Shown one piece after another: positions 48,148-55,687 of a DNA stretch of 60,967 nucleotides. A model generated the notes under the pieces. That model did no database searches and was not told the DNA's origin. It worked only from the letters and a program-made list of their open reading frames with translations. The stretch's first letter is position 1. Every line of letters starts with the position of its first letter. The DNA comes from a virus (taxonomy: Duplodnaviria; Caudoviricetes): positions 1-60,967 of the IMG/VR virus record IMGVR_UViG_3300046820_000595; one strand, written 5' to 3'. Both the position numbers and the translations under genes were made by a program.

Positions 48148-48511
48148 AGATTTCTGTTACGATTCCAAATCTGTCAGCAAGTGACTTCAATTTGTCTTCC
48201 CATTGAAATTCTGGGTAAGTGTCGTGAATCGACTGGAGCATTGTAAGCAATTCTAAATGATCGCTGATTTTGATTCTTTTGTCTCTTACTAAGCATTGAA
48301 TTGCCGAGTCGGAAACCATATCAAATACTGGATCATACTCATCATCTGCAATAATTACTCCTACGGCGCATTTAAGGCCATCTTCCCCCCTGTAAGCGCA
48401 TTTACCATTGTTCATGCACCTTTGGTTTTGATTGAGCAAATGCTGCGCTACAAACTCAAATACTTCTTGAGCTGTTGAATCTTTTAGGTTGGCTAAAGTG
48501 ATTGTTTTCAT
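48140..48511 (-). CDS. Hypothetical protein, paralogue family A
   Basis: TAQEVF..VA.HLL.Q...CAYR..DGLKCAVG...LQSIHD. Confidence 0.75.
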   Translation of the reverse strand: MKTITLANLKDSTAQEVFEFVAQHLLNQNQRCMNNGKCAYRGEDGLKCAVGVIIADDEYDPVFDMVSDSAIQCLVRDKRIKISDHLELLTMLQSIHDTYPEFQWEDKLKSLADRFGIVTEIFE

Positions 48512-48598
48512 GGCTGTGATGTTGGTGGTGTATCAATCCAACAAAAAATGATAATCAATACAATGATTGCTAAAACTAATTGCATTCCTAAGTTCATA

Positions 48599-48991
48599 TT
48601 ACTTTTGGGTGAAGGATAAAAGTGCTTCGGCGTGGAGCATTGCAGCTTCTTTGGTGAGATGAACAATGCCTTTGTCCATTGTATGGAAATCCCAACTTTC
48701 TCCACGCCATATGTATTTCACAACATTATCTGCTGATCCAATGGATACGTCATAATACTCTTGCCCGTCTTCAAGTGGTTCTCGCACAGGCTCAGGCACC
48801 TCGTAGCCGTTAATGTTGATCGTGCGTGGTTTGCGGCGGTAATCGGTTCCCTTATCCCACATAGGATGTTGGATCATCGGCTCCCATTTATTGTCATATT
48901 CGTAAAACCACTCCCACCGTTTCCACGGTTTATCAGTTTCCATCGCGTCTTGCGCGTAAAGAGCCATCAATTCTGCGTGTTTATGCTTCAT
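48599..48991 (-). CDS. Conserved hypothetical phage protein
   Basis: HKHAELM..YAQDA...PW...YRRKPRTININGYEVPEP...HLTKEAA..HAEAL. Confidence 0.8.
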   Translation of the reverse strand: MKHKHAELMALYAQDAMETDKPWKRWEWFYEYDNKWEPMIQHPMWDKGTDYRRKPRTININGYEVPEPVREPLEDGQEYYDVSIGSADNVVKYIWRGESWDFHTMDKGIVHLTKEAAMLHAEALLSFTQK

Positions 48992-49377
48992 AATTTTTGC
49001 AGTAGTTCAGTTGTTCGTTTTTCAATCTCGATCAACACCAGGTAGGCTTTATTCCTTAATGAATGCACAGCAATCAACCTAAGTTCTGGAATTCCGATGA
49101 CAGAACTTACTCTATCACGCATAACTCCTATGTGGTCAGCGAAAACCAATCCTAGATGTCGCAGCTCATCATCCAATGGATACCCACCTAGTTCATCTCT
49201 AGGCAGATTTTTACAGAGTTGACCGCAAGCGCAAGTCACCCAGTTGTCTGCAGCTGATTTGGCAGCATCAACCTCTGCTAAGTTTTGACATAAATCCTCA
49301 GCGGAGCGTTCCAAGAACAGAAACCAGTTAAAATTTGAGTTAAATGGGTCTGCTGAGCCTTTTTTTGATTTTTTCAT
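48988..49377 (-). CDS. Hypothetical protein
   Basis: WVTCACG...P.D..L..LG..F; start set at ATG 49377, downstream of the terminator. Confidence 0.65.
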   Translation of the reverse strand: MKKSKKGSADPFNSNFNWFLFLERSAEDLCQNLAEVDAAKSAADNWVTCACGQLCKNLPRDELGGYPLDDELRHLGLVFADHIGVMRDRVSSVIGIPELRLIAVHSLRNKAYLVLIEIEKRTTELLQKL

Positions 49378-49398
49378 AGTCTTTGCCTGTGCTTGCAT

Positions 49399-49431
49399 AA
49401 AAAAAGGGAGAAGGGCGCTAGCCCCTCCCCC
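49399..49431 (-). terminator. Intrinsic terminator
   Basis: Minus strand GGGGGAGGGGC-TAGC-GCCCTTCTCCC-TTTTTTT after the 49448 ORF. Confidence 0.8.
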
Positions 49432-49447
49432 TTTAACCATACACTAC

Positions 49448-49831
49448 TTAGAAAACTTCATCAGTGGATGGCGCTTCGCCTTTACCGATCGCCTTGAGAT
49501 ACAGCGGAGATTCGATAAGCTCCTTGTATGCTTCCATGTCCATGATTTCCATGGCTGCGATGTTTTTTGGTGGTTGGCAGCCTGTTGAGCGGCCGCCTCC
49601 AGGAAGTGCCTTATCCCATGCTCGGATAACCGTTACCTTGCCGATTGTGGCGGCTACGTCCAGCGGTAAGCCAGTGGTTACGATCTCCTTGCCTTCGCCC
49701 TTAGCGGTGCCAATAGCAACCTGTGTGGGCAAGGTGAGGCCAAATACAACTTGTGCATCGGCTACTGCGGATGGCATTACGTTTTTCAGCGTGTTCAGTT
49801 CTTGTTCGTCTCTTACGTGTAGCAATTTCAT
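49448..49831 (-). CDS. Hypothetical protein
   Basis: A-rich leader, followed by a terminator; acidic tail ending in F. Confidence 0.7.
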   Translation of the reverse strand: MKLLHVRDEQELNTLKNVMPSAVADAQVVFGLTLPTQVAIGTAKGEGKEIVTTGLPLDVAATIGKVTVIRAWDKALPGGGRSTGCQPPKNIAAMEIMDMEAYKELIESPLYLKAIGKGEAPSTDEVF

Positions 49832-49906
49832 ATTTTATTCTGTTTTGATGTTAAATTTGCGTTCTTGGTATGCGCAACCCACCTCGTAATCACAATGATT
49901 ACACAA

Positions 49907-51490
49907 TCAACTAAAGCGAAGCTTCTTCTTCGCTACGTGTTGAGCTTTCTTGAGTGACCCTGTAAGCTCAAGCGCCCACACAATGGACGCAAGGCGGGGT
50001 GACATATTGGAAGCATTGAGCTTTTTAGGCTCTTTAGTCGGCGCAACTGCGCGATGCCCTGAAGCATTAACGCATACAGTTCCGTATTGACCACGATGCT
50101 TCTCAACAACTGGTGCAGTAATAAGACATTCTGGGATGTCATTGACAATCTTGATGTTGTCTTTCGGTGCTACATAGTCTGACACTGGCAAGAACGTATC
50201 TTGACGCACTGGGTTACGTGCTGGAAGTCGATACTGATTCTTGATTTCGTATGCGGATGGAACACCGAAGAAGCGCTTGCGATTCATCTTGCTGCCACGA
50301 ACATTGAAATAGGATTTCTCCACATTTGGATATTCTGTGTAAGCAAGACATTCTTCTAGCGCGTCGAACATGTAAGCATGTTGCCAATGCGCTTCCATTT
50401 CGCTAATACGGGCGATTTCAGCCTCATTGACGTGTCCCTTGGCTCCTACCATGTATTTCTGGTAAAGCTCCTTAGAACGCTGTTTTACGCGCTCATGGAT
50501 AAGGTCTACCCATTCGTCTTTGACAGCGCCATTGGTCATGAAGTCGATAAGCTCGCCATTTTCGGCGGCTAAATCCATCATGATAAGCTCTGTGGGAGTC
50601 ATGGTTGATTCATCCATCTTCTCGCCGTTGTATTCCATCATGAATTGAGCTTGATGTGATTCATCGAACTCGAATCCATAATCCATTGCCATTTCATCAT
50701 CTTCCTCGCGGATGAGTCCCTTGATAAGAGAATACTCAACTTCGGAGATACTGGCTGCTTGATTGTGAACGTCACCTGTGATGACCTCACCAGCCTCTGT
50801 TACGGCAAAGCGCGATGGCGTAATCTTCGCATCACGCATGGGTGTGACAAGAACAACCCATTGATTGCCAATCTTGGCTGTAACGGTTGTCCCTACAAGA
50901 TCATCGTTATTGCACAAGGCTTTTACGATGTGAGTCCAGTCACCATTAATCCTACGACCGAGGCGCGTAGCAACTGCTTGCATTGCGCTTGTTGGGTTAT
51001 CGTGGAGAACTGGGGAGAACTTGCCATCCTGCGTTCCAAGATCGACACGGATGTCGCCGTGCTTGAATACATAGCGAGCAGGAACATGCTTGAATGTATT
51101 GTTCTTGGTCAATCCACCCTTGAACGGAGGGAACTGAGTGAACATGGCATCAACCCACTTACCACCAACCTTAACGGCGGGGTCAATTGATTGATATGAC
51201 TTACGTAGGTTATTGCTAACCCACTTACGGATGCTCTTCTGACGCTCTATGCAGCAGAATACTATGGCAATAGCTGCGCGAGGATCATACTTCTCCTCAT
51301 TGCAGATTGCTTGCAATTCACGGCGCAAGCGAGAAGGAACAGCACCAAGGCTATTCACTACCCAGTTACGGACGTAGGGCGGGAGAAAGCCACGCTGAAG
51401 CATAGCATACTCCGTATCGCTGATTAAATTCTGCCCATACGAATCAGCGTAAACGTATGGTTCTTCAGTTGTGTTGGTTATTGTCATCAT
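49907..51490 (-). CDS. Hypothetical protein (527 aa)
   Basis: Long ORF with an acidic Met-rich middle; no recognised motif. Confidence 0.75.
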   Translation of the reverse strand: MMTITNTTEEPYVYADSYGQNLISDTEYAMLQRGFLPPYVRNWVVNSLGAVPSRLRRELQAICNEEKYDPRAAIAIVFCCIERQKSIRKWVSNNLRKSYQSIDPAVKVGGKWVDAMFTQFPPFKGGLTKNNTFKHVPARYVFKHGDIRVDLGTQDGKFSPVLHDNPTSAMQAVATRLGRRINGDWTHIVKALCNNDDLVGTTVTAKIGNQWVVLVTPMRDAKITPSRFAVTEAGEVITGDVHNQAASISEVEYSLIKGLIREEDDEMAMDYGFEFDESHQAQFMMEYNGEKMDESTMTPTELIMMDLAAENGELIDFMTNGAVKDEWVDLIHERVKQRSKELYQKYMVGAKGHVNEAEIARISEMEAHWQHAYMFDALEECLAYTEYPNVEKSYFNVRGSKMNRKRFFGVPSAYEIKNQYRLPARNPVRQDTFLPVSDYVAPKDNIKIVNDIPECLITAPVVEKHRGQYGTVCVNASGHRAVAPTKEPKKLNASNMSPRLASIVWALELTGSLKKAQHVAKKKLRFS

Positions 51491-51530
51491 AATAATGATA
51501 ATTCGTTGTTATCCATAGCGAAGCTTCGTC

Positions 51531-51558
51531 TTGACAACCATTGCCAATCCAATAAGCT
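51531..51558 (+). promoter_or_regulatory. Sigma70-like promoter TTGACA-N16-TAAGCT
   Basis: Consensus -35; ATG 51565 is 6 nt after the -10. Confidence 0.7.
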
Positions 51559-51564
51559 AACGCT

Positions 51565-52041
51565 ATGAAAATTGATAAACCACGGCGGGGAAGACCACCA
51601 CGGATTGCAGACGAAATCTGGGAAGATATTGAAACCAGATACGTTGCAGGAGAAAATTCGCTCAAGGAATTGGCTGCGGAATACAATCTCTCATACGAAA
51701 CTGTAAGAGACAGAAGCAAGCTGAAGCGTTGGCCGAGTGCCAAGAGAATCGAACATGCTTTATCCCGCACGGATTTACCCCCATCTGACGCTGCTAAGCA
51801 AATCGCAGACAAATGGGCGGAGCGAAAGGAACAAATGAGAGAGAGAATCTACCAAGGAAGCAAACGCGCATTAGATACATTCTTTGCTCTCTCACCTATC
51901 CCTCAGGATTGGGCTGAAGCCGAACGCGCGGCGAAATTACTTGATAAAGCAATCAACCCAGAGGAAGGCAAACAAGATAGCAACATCAACCTAGCTATCC
52001 TCACTAATGGCTTTAACCCATCACCAATAGTCGATCTTTAG
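51565..52041 (+). CDS. Putative terminase small subunit
   Basis: GRPP, then W..IE.RYVAG..SL.ELA.EYNLSYETVR.R....RW HTH typical of TerS; same strand as TerL. Confidence 0.65.
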   Translation: MKIDKPRRGRPPRIADEIWEDIETRYVAGENSLKELAAEYNLSYETVRDRSKLKRWPSAKRIEHALSRTDLPPSDAAKQIADKWAERKEQMRERIYQGSKRALDTFFALSPIPQDWAEAERAAKLLDKAINPEEGKQDSNINLAILTNGFNPSPIVDL

Positions 52042-52264
52042 CCAATATCCCCATCTCCTTAACGCCATTCACTCATACCATTAACCAAATCTTACCCGAT
52101 TTATGCCTTATTTATGCCCAAAAAAGGCTACAAACAGGAATAAAAGTGGTAGATGAGCAGAAAATCTGTCTATTGTGGTTAAACTTGGCTAAAGAAATGG
52201 CGTAAATCAGGGGAAATTGGGTGTTTTCCCGTGTTTTTGGAGACAAAACTTGGCTAAACTGTAA

Positions 52265-52278
52265 TTTAGTTGGCTAAA
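52265..52278. promoter_or_regulatory. Dispersed palindromic box TTTAGTTGGCTAAA with nearby half-sites
   Basis: AAACTTGGCTAAA also at 52181-52193 and 52246-52258. Confidence 0.7.
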
Positions 52279-52652
52279 GTGTTTGCCTGTAGAGGGAGGA
52301 TTAGTTGCGCAAAAGCTAGGGATCACCCATGATTTTACGAAAAACTTACGTTATGACGCATTTTTTCCTTGATCAGGGGGCATTCGCCCATCCATTACTA
52401 GTACATGTGCTAACGCTAATGAATAATCATTAACATTAAACATGCGCATTGATAACCAATTTGACAATAATGGTGGGGTCTAGCCCTTGGGTGTTTGCCT
52501 GCCATTAACGCGCATTAGCCCATTAGCTACGTCACGTCTTTGCCTGCTACTCCTCCAATTGTTTAAGACCATAGAGGTCAATAAAGGAACTACTTGTGGT
52601 AGCGCCCAAGACAACGCACCAGACATAAGCCTGATGCGCTGATGATTGGATG

Positions 52653-52814
52653 CTAGAGCGTGTAATGCTCTTTAAGGTGCGCCCATGTCACCGTGTAGCG
52701 TTTACCGCTAGGGAACATGAGCGTTACATTGTGTGGGTCAGTGTTAACCACGACGACCTTCCCTCCAGCCTTTCGACGGAGAGTGTCGCCTTTCCTTGCT
52801 TGCGTTACTTTCAT
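52653..52814 (-). CDS. Small hypothetical early protein
   Basis: MKVTQARKGD...HYTL*, ATGA-coupled to the upstream ORF. Confidence 0.5.
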   Translation of the reverse strand: MKVTQARKGDTLRRKAGGKVVVVNTDPHNVTLMFPSGKRYTVTWAHLKEHYTL

Positions 52815-52990
52815 TTGATTGGTGGGAGAGTGAAGGGTTTGAATGTCTTGAAGATGCGGCACAGCACCCATCTAGGATGTTGCGCAGGACATTTAAGAAG
52901 AACCATCGGAGCTGGCTTGTATGGCCGAGACTCAAGATACTTCATTGCTGCATTCATTCCGTCTACTTGTGTTAACTTATCAGTTGTCAT
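52811..52990 (-). CDS. Small hypothetical early protein (59 aa, not in ORF track)
   Basis: MTTDKLTQ...LPPIK*; its stop overlaps the next ATG. Confidence 0.45.
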   Translation of the reverse strand: MTTDKLTQVDGMNAAMKYLESRPYKPAPMVLLKCPAQHPRWVLCRIFKTFKPFTLPPIK

Positions 52991-53113
52991 ATTAGTGTAT
53001 TCTGTTATTGCGCTGGACTCGTCAGTATGGTGCGCAGTTGTTCGTCCTAAACCATAGACTCCTTACGGGAGTTACTCGTGCCAGTTTAGAGACATGGCTG
53101 GTCTTGATGGAGG

Positions 53114-53308
53114 TTACTCCCACATCTCTTTAGATGGGTAGTCCTCGCTTGCCCAATCAGGCATTGGCTCGAACTCCACCGCTTTCGCAGCTTCGTAGCT
53201 GCCAAGCTCACCAAGTTCGGTTGCCGCCACTGAAGCAATCCGAAGATCGCCAATGGCAATTGCGTGTGCTTGGATGCGATGCCCAAGCTTTTGTAGTTCA
53301 CTAGTCAT
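53114..53308 (-). CDS. Small acidic hypothetical early protein
   Basis: MTSELQKL...KEMWE*. Confidence 0.5.
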   Translation of the reverse strand: MTSELQKLGHRIQAHAIAIGDLRIASVAATELGELGSYEAAKAVEFEPMPDWASEDYPSKEMWE

Positions 53309-53373
53309 ATTCGTTATGGTCTGGTTCAAGCTGGTCCACCAACGTGGTAGGTTGCAGCGAGAGGAATATGACC

Positions 53374-53387
53374 TTTAGTTGACTAAA
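53374..53387. promoter_or_regulatory. Dispersed palindromic box TTTAGTTGACTAAA
   Basis: Intergenic, within a hairpin-rich region. Confidence 0.7.
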
Positions 53388-53505
53388 CGGGTTTATAACA
53401 CCCGAATACGTGTCTGGGCTTGGAACCAGAACTGCCGCATTACACCGCCGAAGCGATGTCCTCTGCGAGGATGAGCAGTTTTAACGCCTTGCTCAGGGCG
53501 ATGCC

Positions 53506-53754
53506 TTACCAGCTTCGAGTAACCAAGCATCGCTTGACTATCTCTGCGATTGTATTGTCAATCTCCTGAACCGCACTCATAATGAATCCAGTGCCAGAGC
53601 CAAGACCGCAAGGCACTGACCTGCAATCAGCAGGATGCTTGTTCTCATGAGGGAACGATCCATCAGGAAGCAAGGCTAGTAATCTTTCCTTCCTTGCTTG
53701 CAGTTCATTGATTGCAGTTGCAGCGGATGTCGGTAGTTCTAGTATCGTAGTCAT
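53506..53754 (-). CDS. Small hypothetical early protein
   Basis: ACAACAATACAATACT leader before ATG 53754. Confidence 0.55.
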   Translation of the reverse strand: MTTILELPTSAATAINELQARKERLLALLPDGSFPHENKHPADCRSVPCGLGSGTGFIMSAVQEIDNTIAEIVKRCLVTRSW

Positions 53755-53892
53755 AGTATTGTATTGTTGTGTGTAGCTCAAGGGGGCCACGGGTGTCACC
53801 TGACTCCCCAATAGCACCAAACTCACTACACAGACTGAAGGGAACATTCATGAAAAAATTCTCGTAAAAAAATTTCCGCATAAAAAAATCCC

Positions 53893-53906
53893 TTTAGTTG
53901 GCTAAA
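53893..53906. promoter_or_regulatory. Dispersed palindromic box TTTAGTTGGCTAAA
   Basis: 11 bp upstream of the terminase -35 element. Confidence 0.7.
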
Positions 53907-53917
53907 AAAATTTTCTT

Positions 53918-53945
53918 TTGATTCTGTGGGTGTGGGTGTTATTGT
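53918..53945 (+). promoter_or_regulatory. Sigma70-like promoter TTGATT-N16-TATTGT
   Basis: An in-frame GTG at 53952 lies 6 nt after the -10. Confidence 0.55.
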
Positions 53946-55679
53946 GTGGGTGTGAGTAGTTATGGAATGAATTGGCCGACTGGGGTAAATCAGTTGACGA
54001 TTGAGTTATGGTGTTTTGCGCATAGGGTGTGTAGTCCTGATGAGAGGTTTGGGCATTTTAAGGCTGCTGTGGATTTGGCATTTAACTGTCAGGGGAGCTT
54101 AAGGAGGGTGATATGGAATCGGTGGACTATTCGGATGATACGATCCGCTATTGGGAATTGGGAGAAAAAGAGATTTTTGGGTGTGGCTGGGTGTAGTTCT
54201 AGCGGCAAGAGTGATGGATACGCTTTGTATGCTTTGATGCATTATTGGAGTCGTCCTGCGGATACGTTTGTGTTTGTGATGTCGACGACAAAGAACGATG
54301 CACGGAATCGTATTTGGAAGAGCTTAACGCAATTGTTTGGGCAAGCACAAAGGATGGGATGTCCTGGGAAGCTAAATGACTCTGTTGGGGTTATTAAGGG
54401 TGTAGACAAGGCAGGGAAGATTAGTCGAAACAGCGGCATTCAGTTGGTGGCTGCTGGTAAAGCTGACGCTGGCGAAGCGAGTAGTGGCTTGATTGGTATT
54501 AAAAGCCCTAATGTTGTGGTGATTGCTGACGAGATGCCGAATTTGGGTGATGGCATTTTGGAGGCAGCGTGGGACAACTTAACATCGAACGATCGGGTAT
54601 TTTTTGCTGGATTGGGCAACCCTAATTTGTTTAGTGACCCATTTGCTGAATTGTGTGAGCCAGCCGCTGGTTGGGCATCCATCACTGAGGAGGATGAAGA
54701 ATGGAATACAAAATATGGGTCGTGCATTCGTTTTAATGCCGAACTAAGTCCAAGGATTGTTGACCCTGACGGGGAGAAGTATTTCTGGCAACCAGATAAA
54801 GCGTATTGTGAAAGGATTGCTGACGCTCGCGGTGGAACTAAGAGCCGTGGCTACTATCGTTTCGTAAAAGCGTTTTGGTGTCCCGAGGGTGCTGGAAATA
54901 CAATTTACCAAGAAAGCGAGTTCAGGATTAACAACGCATTGGATTCTGTGGAGCCAATATGGGATTCACAGCCAACAACGATTACGGCATTAGACCCAGC
55001 TTTTACTCGCGGCGGGGATAGAGCTTACAGTGGAGTTGCTAAAATTGGAAAGGTGGACGGCAGGGATCATTTGCATATTTGCCAATACAAGGCATTAACA
55101 GAAGACACGTCCGACAAAAAAAATCCGCTGTCGCATCAATTGGTTTTGCAATGGAAAGAATTAGCTGACGATTGGGGCGTAACGCCATTCAAAGCAGTTC
55201 TTGATGGAACTGGTAGCGGTATTGCTTTTGGTCATATTGTGGATAGCTTATGGAGTCCTGCGGTGAGTAAAGTGAATTTTAGTTCTAAGCCGTCTGGAAG
55301 AAAGGCGTATTTCCGTGGGAAAGAAATGGAATACTACAACAAAAATAGCGAGTTGTGGATTCAGCCAAAGGAATTTATTCGTAGTGGGCAAATTACTGGG
55401 GTAAATAAGGAGCTAATGGCCGAGCTTTGCACCAGACAGTATTACAGCAAGGAGACTGCTAAATTGCGCGTGGAGGGTAAAGAGGAGCATAAAAAGAGCA
55501 ATAATGGGGAATCCTGCGACATTGCAGACATGTTTTTATTATTGGTTGACAAAGCAATCAGTATTGGTATGTTCCACTCCGAAGAGGTTAAACGTGTGAG
55601 TAAAGTCACGCGAACCAATTGGTCAAAAATTGCCCGTAAAAAACAAGTTAAAGCTTGCTGTGGCAGAAAATTAAAATAA
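53946..55679 (+). CDS. terL: Terminase large subunit
   Basis: Walker A GCSSSGKS, Walker B VVVIADE, coupling motif GLGNP, nuclease ALDPAF..GGD and DIAD; true start may be GTG 53952. Confidence 0.9.
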   Translation: MGVSSYGMNWPTGVNQLTIELWCFAHRVCSPDERFGHFKAAVDLAFNCQGSLRRVIWNRWTIRMIRSAIGNWEKKRFLGVAGCSSSGKSDGYALYALMHYWSRPADTFVFVMSTTKNDARNRIWKSLTQLFGQAQRMGCPGKLNDSVGVIKGVDKAGKISRNSGIQLVAAGKADAGEASSGLIGIKSPNVVVIADEMPNLGDGILEAAWDNLTSNDRVFFAGLGNPNLFSDPFAELCEPAAGWASITEEDEEWNTKYGSCIRFNAELSPRIVDPDGEKYFWQPDKAYCERIADARGGTKSRGYYRFVKAFWCPEGAGNTIYQESEFRINNALDSVEPIWDSQPTTITALDPAFTRGGDRAYSGVAKIGKVDGRDHLHICQYKALTEDTSDKKNPLSHQLVLQWKELADDWGVTPFKAVLDGTGSGIAFGHIVDSLWSPAVSKVNFSSKPSGRKAYFRGKEMEYYNKNSELWIQPKEFIRSGQITGVNKELMAELCTRQYYSKETAKLRVEGKEEHKKSNNGESCDIADMFLLLVDKAISIGMFHSEEVKRVSKVTRTNWSKIARKKQVKACCGRKLK

Positions 55680-55687
55680 AAGAAGGC

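Noticed and set aside
98-53906. Palindromic boxes as integron attC or transposon ends
   Set aside because: No recombinase or transposase in the window, no target duplications, and two copies lie in-frame inside an intact gene.
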